A stretch of 62,726 nucleotides of DNA, filler included, from Chiloscyllium plagiosum (taxonomy: Eukaryota), in NCBI RefSeq assembly GCF_004010195.1. It is 3 parts of one record of this genome, joined end to end, with 100 filler letters (N's around TTAATTAATTAA, not from the genome) between each part and the next. Parts side by side here need not be neighbours in the genome. Positions count along the whole stretch, not along the records: positions 1 to 22,437 come from NC_057717.1; 2 more parts are not named here. One strand, written 5' to 3'. The position numbers were made by a program, and so were the translations under genes. Positions 1 to 11,744 of the stretch are shown here, one piece after another (the first letter of the stretch is position 1; each line of letters opens with the position of its first letter). The notes under the pieces were generated by a model that was given only the letters and a program-made list of their open reading frames with translations, searched no databases and was not told where the DNA came from.

Positions 1-214
1 GTTAGGTTCTTCACTCAGCGAGTCGTAAGTTCATGGAATGCCCTGCCAGTAGCAGTGGTGGACTCTCCCTCTTTATGGGCATTTAAGCGGGCATTGGATA
101 GGTATATGGAGGATAGTGGGTTAGTATAGGTTAGGTGGGCTTGGATCGGCGCAACATCGAGGGCCAAAGGGCCTGTACTGCGCTGTATTCTTCTATGTTC
201 TATGTTCTATGTTC
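1..214 (+). mobile_element. CR1 (HER1-like) LINE 3' end
   Basis: ttcttcactcagcgagtcgta...tggaatgccctgcc (FFTQRVV..WN.LP), then gggccaaagggcctgtactgcgctgta and a (TTCTATG)n tail. Confidence 0.85.
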
Positions 215-1182
215 ACTTCCGCCCAGCACCCGCCGTTCTCTGCTGCAAAAAGTCCTTTGGCGTCGAGGTACGTTCTTAAAGCGTTTGGCGAAATTTAGGG
301 AGAAAACTAATAATCTGTTCAGATATAGTTATTATTGTTGGCATTCAATTTGGAAGTTATACAGATGACAGGATCACAAACCGTTCTTGCTGAAAAGTTG
401 TCAAGACTTGGATGAAGAAAGATGGAGGTGTTCTGTGGCCGGAGGAAACTGACTGAAATAGAATGGAGTTGTGAATCTTTGCGTGCTTAGTGTCAATGCA
501 ATATATATGTATTGTAGTCTACTAAAACAGTGGGAATAAAGGGTTTAAAATGAGGCCGTCTTTGTATATTGATGGTTTATTTTTTTCAAAGGGGGAGTTG
601 NNNNNNNNNNNNNNNNNNNNNNNNNNNNNNNNNNNNNNNNNNNNNNNNNNNNNNNNNNNNNNNNNNNNNNNNNNNNNNNNNNNNNNNNNNNNNNNNNNNN
701 NNNNNNNNNNNNNNNNNNNNNNNNNNNNNNNNNNNNNNNNNNNNNNNNNNNNNNNNNNNNNNNNNNNNNNNNNNNNNNNNNNNNNNNNNNNNNNNNNNNN
801 NNNNNNNNNNNNNNNNNNNNNNNNNNNNNNNNNNNNNNNNNNNNNNNNNNNNNNNNNNNNNNNNNNNNNNNNNNNNNNNNNNNNNNNNNNNNNNNNNNNN
901 NNNNNNNNNNNNNNNNNNNNNNNNNNNNNNNNNNNNNNNNNNNNNNNNNNNNNNNNNNNNNNNNNNNNNNNNNNNNNNNNNNNNNNNNNNNNNNNNNNNN
1001 NNNNNNNNNNNNNNNNNNNNNNNNNNNNNNNNNNNNNNNNNNNNNNNNNNNNNNNNNNNNNNNNNNNNNNNNNNNNNNNNNNNNNNNNNNNNNNNNNNNN
1101 CCTTATTGGGATTATAATTTAAACCCCCAATAGTCAGTGGAGAATTGAGAAACAAATTTGTAAGGAGGTCTCAGTATTCTGT

Positions 1183-3565
1183 TTGGAGCAGAAGTTAGGC
1201 CATTCAGCCCATCGAGTCTGCTAAACCATTCAATCGTGGGTGATAAGTTTCTCAACCCTATTATTCCACTTTTTCCCTGTAATCTTGATGCCCTTGATGA
1301 TCAAGAACCTATCTGTCTTAAATATGCTCAATGGCCAGGCCTCCACAGTCTTCAGTGGCAATGAATTCCACAAATTCACCACTCTCTGGCTGAAGAAGTT
1401 TCTCCTTACCTCCATTCTAAAAGTTCTTTCATTTACTCTAAGGCTGTTCGTTTGAGTCCTCGTCTCTCCGAATAATGGAAACATTTTCCAAATATACTCT
1501 GTCCAGCCCATCCAGTATTCTGTAAATTTCAATTCGTTACCTCCTCATCCTTGTAAACTCAATCGAGTATAAACCCAGAGTCCTCAAATGTTCCTCACAT
1601 GTTTAGATTAGATTTAGATTAGATTAGATTACTTACAGTGTGGAAACAGGCCCTTCGGCCCAACAAGTCCACACCGACCTGCCGAAGCGTAACGCACCCA
1701 TACTCCTACATTTACCCCTTACCTAACACTACGGGCAATTTAGCACGGCCAATTCACCTGACCTGCACATCTTTTGGACTGTGGGAGGAAACCGGAGCAC
1801 CCGGAGGAAACCCACGCAGACACGGGGAGAACGTGCAAACTCCACACAGTCAGTCGCCTGAGGCAGGAATTGAACCTGGGTCTCTGGCGCTGTGAGGTAG
1901 CAGTGCTAACCACTGTGCCACCGTGCCGCCCACCATGTTAAGCGTTTCATTCCTGGAACCATTCTTGTGAATCTCCTCTGAACACAATCCAGGGCCATAC
2001 ATCCTTCCCGAGATATGGGGCTCAAAACTGCACACAGTGCTCCAAATGTGGTCTGACCAGAGAGCCTCAGAAGTACATTCCAGCTTTTATACTCAAGTCC
2101 TCTCAAAACAAATGCCTTCATTACTTTTGCCTTCCTAATTACTGACCCAACCTGCAAGCTTACATTGAGAGAATACTTGACTAGGACTCCTAAGTCTCTT
2201 TGCACTCCTCACTTTGGAATTATCTCCCTAGTTCAAAAATAGCCCATTCCTCCATTCTTCCTACTAATGTGTATGACCTCACCCTTTCCCACGTTGTGCT
2301 CCATCTGCCACTCCTTTGCCCAGTTTCCTAACCTGTCTAAATCCTTCTGCAGCCTCCTTGTCTTCTCAATGCTACCTGTCCTTCTACTTATCTTTGTATC
2401 ATTTGTAAACTTAGCCAGAATGCCCTCGGTTCCTTCATCTAAATCGTTAATGTATAAAGTAAAACGTTGTGGGCCCAAATCTTGCAGAACTCTGCTTGTC
2501 ACTGGCTGCCATCATCGTTTGAGAAAGACCCTTTCTCCTCACTCTGCTTTCTGCTAGACAGTCAAGCTCCTATCCTTGCTAGTGCCTTCCCTCTAACACC
2601 ATGACCCCTTACCTTATTTAGTAGCCTCCTGTGCGGCACTTTGTCAAAGGCCTTCTTGAAATGCAGGTGGATCACATCCATTGGTTCTCGTTGGTCTAAC
2701 ATGCTCATTACCTACTCAAAAAATTCTAGCAGATTTGTCAGGCATGTCCCCTGCTGACTTTGCACTATTTTACTATGCACTTCCAAGTATTCAGAAATCT
2801 CATCCTTCACAACGGATTCCAGTAACTTGCCTACGTCTAAGGTTAGGATAATCGGCTTGCAATTTCCCGTCTTTTGCCTTACTCCCTTTTTAAACAGGGG
2901 TGTCACATGAACGATTTTCAAGTCCTATGGAGGCTTCCCTGATTCTAGTGATTCCTGAAAGATCACAATTATTGCCTCCATTTTCTCTTCAGCTATCTCC
3001 CTTTGAACTCTACGGTGTAGTCCATCTGGTATAGATGACTTATCCACCTTCAGAGCATTCAGTTTTTCTAACCCCTTCTCCTTGGTGATGAACACCAAAC
3101 TCAGCTCGCCCCCTCACTCTCTTTAATTTTGGGGTATTATTCGTGTTTTCCATCGTGAAAACTGATGCAAAATATTTATTCAGTTCCTCAGCTATATCTT
3201 TGTTCCCCACAATTATCTCTCCAGTGCTATTTTGCCCTCTCTTTTGCCCTTTATATATATCTAAAGAAATTCTTGTAATCTTCCTTTACATCACTGGCTA
3301 GCTTACCCTCATATTAATCTTCTCCTTCCTTATTTCTTTTTTGTTGCCCTCTGTTGGTCTTTGTAAGCTTCCTGATGCTTTGGTTCCCACTGCCCTTCGT
3401 CACATCATATGCTTTCTCTTTTCCTTTTAAGCAATCCCTGACTTCATTAGTAAGCCGTGGTTGTCTCATATTCCCTGAAGCATGCTTCTTTTTCTTCAGA
3501 ATAAATCTCTGCTGAGTCTTCCTGAATTACTCTCAGAAACTCCTGTCATTGCTGTCCCACTGACT
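1183..3565 (-). mobile_element. CR1 LINE ORF2 + 3' UTR, decayed, interrupted by an HE1 SINE
   Basis: Minus-strand translations: VTPLFKKGVRQKTGNCKPI, LYINDLDEG..LAKFTNDTK, QRDLGVLV, RRNFFSQRVVNLWNSLP. Confidence 0.9.
1604..1933 (-). mobile_element. HE1-type tRNA-derived SINE, full length
   Basis: Minus-strand head gggcggcacggtggcacagtggttagcactgct...ggttcaattcc (A/B boxes), CR1-like tail and (TCTAA)n. TSD CATGTT at 1598-1603 and 1934-1939. Confidence 0.9.
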
Positions 3566-3842
3566 TTGAACACTAAATGAATTAAAAATTATGGTGAGAG
3601 GACGGGTAAGTGGAGCTGAGGGCACGAAAAGATCTCATTGAGTGGTAGAGCAGGCTCAAAGGGCCGGACGACCGACTCTTGCGCCTAGTTCTTATGTTCT
3701 TCATGTAAAGGAAAGATGTGCCTCAGAACACATTTGGATTTGAGGAAGCTGTGGGATATAAATGAATTAATGTTATTTCTGCAAGTATAAATTCTGATAC
3801 AGAATAGGAATGAGAAAATACATATTCAGCAAAAAGAAAGCA

Positions 3843-4693
3843 ACTGTGGGAGGAAACCGGAGCACCCGGAGGAAACCCACGCAGACACGGGGAGAACGTG
3901 CAAACTCCACACAGTCAGTCGCCTGAGGCAGGAATTGAACCCGGGTCTCTGGCGCTGTGAGGCAGCAGTGCTAACCACTGTGCCACCGTGCCGCCCACCA
4001 TGTTAAACATTTCATTCCTGGAACCATTCTTGTGAATCTCCTCTGAACACAATCCAGGGCCATACATCCTTCCCGAGATATGGGGCTCAAAACTGCACAC
4101 AGTGCTCCAAATGTGGTCTGACCAGAGCCCAAGAGAGCCTCAGAAGTACATTCCAGCCTTTATAATCAAGTCCTCTCAAAACAAATGGCTTCATTACTTT
4201 TGCCTTCCTAATTACTGACCCAACCTGCAAGCTTACATTGAGAGAATACTTGACTAGGACTCCTAAGTCTCTTTGCACTCCTCACTTCGGAATTATCTCC
4301 CTAGTTCAAAAATAGCCCATTCCTCCATTCTTCCGACTAATGTGTATGACCTCACCCTTTCCCACGTTGTGCTCCATCTGCCACTCCTTTGCCCAGTTTC
4401 CTAACCTGTCTAAATCCTTCTGCAGCCTCCTTATCTTCTCAATGCTACCTGTCCTTCTACTTATCTTTGTATCATTTGCAAACTTAGCCAGAATGCCCTC
4501 GGTTCCTTCATCTAAATCGTTAATGTATAAAGTACCACGTTGTGGGCCCAAATCTGAGCCTTGCAGAACTCTGCTTGTCACTGGCTGCCATCATCGTTTG
4601 AGAAAGACCCTTTTTCCTCACTCTGCTTTCTGCTAGACAGTCAAGCTCCTATCCTTGCTAGCGCCTTCCCTCTAACACCATGACCCCTTACCT
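3843..4693 (-). repeat. Direct duplicate of 1778-2614 (5' half of the HE1 SINE + adjacent CR1)
   Basis: Near-identical sequence, including the SINE/CR1 insertion junction ccaccatgttaa. Confidence 0.9.
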
Positions 4694-5712
4694 CAAGGGT
4701 ATACAAGCCCAGTCGCTTCAGTCTTTCAATGTAAGGTAATCCTGCCATTCCAGGAATTTACCTCGTGAACCTACACTGCACTCCCTCAATAGCCAGAATG
4801 TCTTTTCTCAAATTTGGAGACCAAAACTGCACACAGTGCTCCAGGTGTGGCCTCACCAGGGCCCTGTACAGCTGCAGAAGAACCTCTTTGCTTCTATACT
4901 CAATTCCTCTTGTTATGAAGGCCAGCATGCTATTAGCCTTCTTCACTACCTGCTGTACCTGCATGCTTACCTTCATTGACTGGTGTACAAGAACACCAAT
5001 ATCTCTCTGTACTGCCCCTTTACATAAATCGATTCCATTGAGGTAGTAGTCTGCCTTCCTGTTCTTGCCACCAAAGTAGATAACCNNNNNNNNNNNNNNN
5101 NNNNNNNNNNNNNNNNNNNNNNNNNNNNNNNNNNNNNNNNNNNNNNNNNNNNNNNNNNNNNNNNNNNNNNNNNNNNNNNNNNNNNNNNNNNNNNNNNNNN
5201 NNNNNNNNNNNNNNNNNNNNNNNNNNNNNNNNNNNNNNNNNNNNNNNNNNNNNNNNNNNNNNNNNNNNNNNNNNNNNNNNNNNNNNNNNNNNNNNNNNNN
5301 NNNNNNNNNNNNNNNNNNNNNNNNNNNNNNNNNNNNNNNNNNNNNNNNNNNNNNNNNNNNNNNNNNNNNNNNNNNNNNNNNNNNNNNNNNNNNNNNNNNN
5401 NNNNNNNNNNNNNNNNNNNNNNNNNNNNNNNNTATAATTTCCTGCTTTCTCTCGCCCACCTTTCTTAAAAAGTGGTATAACATTAGCCACCCTCCAATCC
5501 TCAGGAACCGACCCCGAATCTATTGAACTCTGGAAAATAATCACCAACGCATCCACGATTTCCCGAGCCACCTCCTTCAGTACCCTGGGATTCAGGCCAT
5601 CAGGCCCCGGAGACTTATCAACCTTCAGACCTAACAGTCTCTCCAACACCAAATCCTGGCAAATATAAATTCCCTTAAGTTCAGGTCCTTCAGCCACTGT
5701 TACCTCAGGGAG
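4694..5712 (-). mobile_element. Younger CR1 ORF2 fragment spanning gap 5086-5432
   Basis: Open frames KVDKSPGPDGLNPRVLKEVAREIVDAL...VPEDWRVANVIPLFKKG and RGIEYRSKEVLLQLYRALVRPHLEHCVQFWSP. Confidence 0.9.
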
Positions 5713-5975
5713 ATTTCTGGTGGTGGGCTGCAATATTGCAGCGAGGTAAATTGAGAAGAGAACTGGTGAAATGACACAGCTTTGTTTGATCCCAGTTTCC
5801 ATTAAGGTGGATTTGTAGTGGTTCTGTTGGTGAGATCATAACTTGCAAATCATTGTGGAGTCAACAGAGGATGATTAAAACTTTCTGATCGCAACTCAAT
5901 TTTACGCAAGCAACCCATAAGCATTGTCAGTGACAGTCGTAAGCTTTTCTGAGGTGGGAAGAAAACATGTATAGA
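5713..5975 (-). mobile_element. RTE-type LINE RT fragment
   Basis: TGIKQSCVISPVLFSIYLAA resembles the RTE RT motif GVKQGCVIAPTLFSI. Confidence 0.65.
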
Positions 5976-6019
5976 AGTTGTTTTCTTTTCTCTCTTTATT
6001 GTTCAATATCTTTTTCTTT

Positions 6020-6520
6020 ATTCTTTAGCAGGATGAGGGCATTACTGACTAGGCAGCATTTATTGCCCATCCCTAATTGCCCAGAGGACAGTTGAGAATC
6101 AACCATATTGCTGTGGGTCTGGAGTCAAAAGTAGGCCAGACCAGGTTAGGATGGCAGTTTCCTTCCCTAAAGGACATTAGTGAACCAGATGGGTTTTTTT
6201 GACACTTGGCAATGGATTGATAATGGGTCAGGCAGCATCCGAAGAGCAGAAAATGAATGAGGAAGGGCTCCTGCCTGAAACAACATTTTTTCTGCTCCTT
6301 AGATACTGCCTGACCAGCTGTGCTTTTCCAGCACTATTCCAACCTCCAGTCTTCACTTTCACCTAATGGATTTATAGTAGTCATTAGATTCTTAATTCCA
6401 TATATTTATTGAATTCAAATTTCCCCTTTTGCCATGGGGGGATTTGAACCCGAGACCCGGCCACATTACCCAGGTCTCTGGATTGATAGGCTAGTGATAA
6501 CGGCACAAGGCTATTGCCTA
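6020..6520 (-). mobile_element. Second tRNA-derived SINE family, with a nested PLE fragment (6219-6364)
   Basis: Minus-strand head with gggttcaaatccc B box; core ctggttcactaatgtcctttagggaagg; tail ggcaattagggatgggcaataaatgctg. The nested insert is flanked by TSD AATGGATT (6211-6218, 6365-6372). Confidence 0.8.
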
Positions 6521-7437
6521 CCCCCATTTGTTGGATAGTGAATATTACGTCTATTTTGCCTCTCTGGAAGGGGGTCCTTAGCCACTGGGAGGAGGTATTA
6601 AGAACCATCCTTACAATGCATGGTCCTGTGAAAGGCAGCAGGGAGACAAATTTGTAGTTACAGCTATTTTTACTTGTCTCCCTACTTGAATATTGTGACG
6701 GGGATTGTGTCACTATCTTTGGAAATCCTATGTGCCCGATTATATCTTAACATCCCTTATATCAGAGTTAGACACACAGTCTCCTTTTCTTTTGTGACTG
6801 TTAAACTCATTTTTCAGTTGTGCACAGGCCTTAGAGATTTCTCCAGGGAGGAAAGTTAATTATTTGTGTCTTTTATTTCCTGCTCTCAGACATCTGTAAT
6901 TACGTGCGTATGTAATCTCTCAGTAATGTATACGCAATGGGCTATAATACTTTAACACCATTCATCATTGCCTTACGAGAGTAGGCTATTCCAGTCTTTT
7001 ATTTTACTCTTTAACAGTATTCATGGGTTGACCTTTGGAGGTTTACAGTATTTGGAGAGGAATGTGTACCTTAATATTGAAAGGCCCGATATTTAAATTC
7101 TTTTAACCAATTCCCAATGGCAAGATTTAAGCGTCTGGGCCGGGGGTGGGGGAGGGTGGAATGCAACTTTAAAGGCAGCTCAAATTATGTTTATATCCTT
7201 CATGATCATTGCTTTGTCACTCCATAACCTCAGCAACAGTAGGCAGCAGTCCTGAGGCTGCACTGTTAATGTTTGAGAAGGGAAAAGGGAAGCACAGCAC
7301 GGTGTGACAGTGCAGGTAGATATGCTTTGTTAGGTATATATTGGTTGCCGAAAAGGAAACCACTCAGTGGTGAGAGCACATCGTGCTTGTGCATTCGAAT
7401 GGCCATTTACCCACACAGATTTCAAGTCCCTCAAAGA

Positions 7438-7960
7438 TGGGCAGCACGGTGGCTCAGTAATTAGCACTGAGTGCCAGGGGCCCAATTCGATTCCAGCCTT
7501 GGGTCACTGTCAGTATGGAGTTTACACATTCTCCATGAGTCTGCGGGGGCTTCTGCCAGGTGCTCCAGTTTACTCTAACAATCCAAAGACGTGCAAATTA
7601 GGTGGATTGGCCACGCTAACCTACCCCTTACCATCTTAGTGGGTTAACTATGGTAGATGTGGGGTTATGGGAATAGGATTGGGGGTAGTCCAAGGTGGGA
7701 TACTCTGAGAGTTGATCCAGATTCCATGCTGTAAGGATTCTCTGATCCTATGTTTAACAACAGCAGCACGGCAGCTTAGTAGTTAACCCTATTGCTTCAC
7801 AGTACAAGGGACCCAGGTTCAATTCCTTGGGTGACTGTATGTGTGGAGTTTGCAGATTCTCCCTGTGTCTGTATGGGTTTCCTCTGGGTGCTCTGGTTTC
7901 CTCCCACAGTCCAAAGATATGCAGGTTAGGTGATTTGGTCATGCTAAATCCAGCATAGTT
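7438..7960 (+). mobile_element. Two tandem, older HE1-type SINEs (about 7438-7750 and 7761-7960)
   Basis: gggcagcacggtggctcagt...ttcgattcc and cagcacggcagcttagtagtta...ggttcaattcc heads with HE1 cores (ggtttcctcccacagtccaaagat). Confidence 0.8.
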
Positions 7961-8240
7961 TTGTCATGGGAATGTCATGTCGGGCACATTTGTTTGGGTT
8001 TTTCAAGGAGGTGACTCGATTTGTGAATGAGAGTAGTGCTGTCAATGTCATATACACAGAATTAGGTAAATCTTTTGCATAGGAGACAGTAAGGACTGCA
8101 GATGCTCGAAGTCAGAGTCAATAAATGTTGAGCCGCGAAAACACAATGGGTCAGACAGCATCTGAGGAGTAGAAAAGACAATGTTTCGGACTGCAACGCT
8201 TCATGTGATCCAGGGCAATTTGGTTCCAAACTTGGCTTAA

Positions 8241-9194
8241 TTAATTAATTCATTCATTCAAATTACATCCTTCCTAGATTTGGTGACCAGAACCCAACAC
8301 AATTGGTACAATAACTGTGGCCAAATGATATCGATACAGTTACAACATAACCTCCCTGGTTTTGTATGTAATGTCCAAATTAAAAAGCTAAGTATACCAT
8401 ACAATACACTACACAACACACATGCACACGCACACACATGTGCGCACACACACATTCACACACGCGCGCACACACACACGCACGCAAACTTGACAGAAAG
8501 CCTGTGTCTTGCTGTTTTAATTGCATATTAATCATCTAGAAATGAATTTAGGAGGTTTGATTTGCAAGTTTATAGATGACACAAACATTGGTGGTGTGGT
8601 AAATAGTGAGGCAAAAAGATGTCTCAGACTACAGGATGATATAGATGGGTAGCTCAGACACAGCATTGGCAACTGGAATTTAATTCTGTAAAATGTGAGG
8701 TAATGTGTTTTGACAAGGAGTACACAATAAATGGTAGGACTCCAGGAAACACAGAGGATCAAAGGAACTTTGGAGTTCACCTCCACAGAAACTTGGAGGC
8801 AGCAGGAGAGCGGATAAAGTGTTTGAAAAAGCTTTTGGGATACTGCTCTGAGGAAGGGTCACCAGATCTGAAATGTTAACTCTGATTTATCTTTATAGAT
8901 GCTGCCGACTTGCTAAGCTTTTCCTGAAACTTCTATTTTTGTGTGTGCATGCGCACGTGTGCATGTGTGCGCGTGTGTGCATGTGTGTGCGCGCGCATGT
9001 GTGTGCATGTGTGTTGTGTAGTGTATTGTATGGGATACTTAGCTTTTTAATGTGGACATTACATACAAAACCAGGGAGGTTATGTTGTAACTGTATCAGA
9101 AATCATTTAGCCACAGCTATTGTACCAATTGTGTTGGGTTCTGGTCACCAAACTTTGGAACGATGTAATTTGAATGAATGAATGAATTAATTAA
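8241..9194. repeat. Inverted repeat: arms about 8241-8488 and 8939-9194
   Basis: The left arm (ttaattaattcattcattcaaattacatc...tggtgaccagaacccaacacaattggtacaata...cacaca) is the reverse complement of the right arm, with scattered substitutions. Confidence 0.9.
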
Positions 9195-10190
9195 TAATTT
9201 ATTGTCAGTGTATTTTTCCTTATTGCAATGACAAGTACTAATTGTCACCACACTCCAGTACTGAATGTATAAGAAGATATAATTAAGACAGAGTTCATTT
9301 GTTCCTTCCTCATAGCTCTGTGAGTTTTGTATAGGATCTGGACCCACCAATGCAACAGCTGCCTCCCTGCCACTGACAGGAGCCCTGCTACAGACCCACC
9401 ACGTCATCTGTTCTGTGTTCCCAACACTGCCCCCACAGCCACCACCGCCAGGTGTCCCGCTCAAGACCCAACACGCTTCCACTGCTACAACAATCACCAG
9501 GAATCCAGCCCAAACCCACAAAGCCTCTGTCACTGGCTCACTGCCAGGAATCCAGCCTCACACCCACAACATCGCCAATGCCAGGAGTCCTGCCCCACAC
9601 CCACAACATCGCTAGTGCCCGGAGTCCTGCCCCAGGCCCACAACATTGCCAGTGCAAATAGATCTGTCCCAGGTCCACAATATTGCCGGTACCTGGATTC
9701 CTGCCTCGGGCCTATCCTGTCAGCACTGTTGCAGCCACCACCTCACCACTGCCAGGTTTTTAACATGAGCCCACAATCACTGTAGCTACTGTGAGAAATC
9801 CTCACTTGGGGCCCAACTAAACCATTACTTCCAGGAGCCCCAAACCAGACCTACCACTCTGCTGCAGCCACTGACTGGTGCCCCCTACACCAGACGTCCC
9901 CGGACTGGGTTCACCACACTGCTGCTGCCAGGAGTACCTCTCTGGGCCTACCATACTACCATTACTGCAGCCACCACAAACACCGACACCAGGACTCCTG
10001 GTCTAGGCCAACGTCACCGCCATCACCACTGAAAAAGAAGTGAAGATGAAGATGAAGATGAAAATGAAGACAACGGAGCAAATAAGGCAGTGAAGAAGAA
10101 AGAAAGACAAGATTGGCCTGGTGATCAGAAGTGGATGGGCTCAGGAGCCCAAACATTGCTTACCTTGCCACCACCACCATCCAAAAAACA
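9171..10190 (-). mobile_element. Unclassified ~1-kb non-coding retroposon with an internal 37-bp tandem repeat
   Basis: Interrupts the collinear CR1. On the minus strand it starts GGATGGTGGTGG and ends ...ACAATAAA followed by (TTCA)n. The ccacaa core recurs at 9564, 9601, 9638 and 9675 (period 37). Confidence 0.55.
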
Positions 10191-10379
10191 AATCTCACAA
10201 GGGGAGATTCACTAGGACTGGAGTGTTTCACCTCTGAAGGGAGAGTAGAGAGGCTGGGATTGTTTTTATTGGAGCAGAGAAACTGAGGGGGACCTGATTG
10301 AGGTGCACAAAATTATGAGGCATATAGTTACGGTAGACTGAAAGAAGATTTTCCCCTTCCAGTTTGAGTCAATAACCAG

Positions 10380-10594
10380 GATAGCCATGGTGTGGAGTGC
10401 CATTGTTGGACTGGGGTACACAAGGTCCGAATCATACAACACTAGGTTATAGTCCAACAGATTTATTTGGAATCACAAGCTTTTGGAACACTGCTCCTTC
10501 ATCATCCTCCTTCACCTGATGATGAAGCTGTGCTCTGAAAGAACAATTTTGAATAAACCTGTTGGACTTTAACCTAGTGTTGTGTGACTTTTGA
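10380..10594. mobile_element. Fold-back PLE-derived element (older copy of the 32788-32998 family)
   Basis: gttggactggggt...caacactaggttatagtccaacag...cacctgatgatgaa...gaaag...cctgttggactttaacctagtgttg. TSD CAATAACCAG at 10370-10379 and 10595-10604. Confidence 0.8.
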
Positions 10595-11329
10595 CAATAA
10601 CCAGAAGGCGTAGATTTAAGGCGAGGGGAAGGAGGTTAAGAGAAGTGAGAAAAATGTTTTTCATTCAGAGGTTAGTAAGAATCTGAAGTTTACTGTCTGT
10701 AAGTGTACTAGAGGTAGAAATCGTTGTAACATTTATTGCATACTGAGATGTGCACTTACAACACCAAGGCATAAGATCTCTATGACACTTTCAAACTTAA
10801 TTTCAAACTGAATCGGCCTCCCTGTACACTGGGCTTCCACACTTTCCCATCTTCTGTACTTCCTCCCCTTTTCCCTCCTCTGGACACCCACCACTTCCCC
10901 CCCACCTCCTCTGGACTCCCCTAAACCAACTTCACCATTTCTCAGAAACGGAGTTCTAATCTAAACCCTTTGCTCCACTTTCCTCTCCCTCCCAAGCCGG
11001 TGCTCATCCACTCCATCCTTTTCCTTCTTCCCTCTCTCTTTCGGCGTTTTTTTTTAAACCTCCATCCTAGGGCTGTACCAGTGATATCCAAGATGAACTC
11101 AACTCCTGGCCTCAGTGCGGACCTCAACTCCTGGACTCGAGGTGAGGCCTGGCGTTATCTGCCTTGGCAAGACTGTTATTCTGGACTCTTATTTCTCTAA
11201 TTTATTGCAGTACTTTTTATTTCTGTATTTTTCTTACTATTTTTCCATGTAAATTTGCACTTAAGAATCTGTACCTGGGTATCTTTACACCTAAGATGGC
11301 ATTGAAACTAGCAGGTATTTATCTGGTTA

Positions 11330-11560
11330 CTGGGTATGACCTGGTTGGTCAATGGGAAGAATGAATCTGGTTGGCAGCAGGTAGCAGTGGAAGGGAGGGG
11401 GCGGAGCTGGAAAGGGAGTCAGGGAAAGAGAGGAAGGTTATTTGAAATTGGAGAACTTTGTGTTGTGGGCTGCCCAAACAGAAGATGAGGTGGTGTTTCT
11501 CCAATTTGCAGTTTGGTATGTTGTGGCAATGGAGAATGAAGAAGCCAATATCCAGGAGAG
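11330..11560 (-). mobile_element. Penelope-like element, 3' ORF/UTR fragment
   Basis: CKLEKHHLIFCLGSPQ resembles the end of the PLE GIY-YIG region (RKLEEQHLIFRLGSLQP). Confidence 0.7.
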
Positions 11561-11744
11561 TGCACACCCTGGAAAGTCCACTTACACCAGGCTTGGTACA
11601 ATTAAATTGCTCAGCAACATCCAAATCAAAACCAATCAAAATAAATGAGGAAGGGTCACCAGATGCGAAATGTTAACTTTGACATCTCTTCACAGATGCA
11701 TCCATACCTGCTTAGCTTTTCTGACAACATCTGGTTTTGTTTCA

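Larger units (their letters stand above)
7960..10790 (+). mobile_element. Old CR1 LINE broken by several nested insertions
   Basis: Collinear ORF2 pieces: FFKEVT..V.E..AV.VIY (~8000), GGLICKFIDDTNIGGVV (8550), GILSF...wsp (9030-9170), 3' ORF2/UTR (10200-10790). Confidence 0.75.

Noticed and set aside
550..1155. Long ORFs across gaps (also 4758-5802 and 28385-29389)
   Set aside because: They are open only because of N runs.
1860..1933. tRNA-like A/B boxes (here and at other SINE heads)
   Set aside because: They continue into SINE cores and LINE-derived tails, so they are not tRNA genes.
9327..9785. Pro/Thr/His-rich ORFs in several frames
   Set aside because: By-products of a C-rich 37-bp tandem repeat inside an inserted element.
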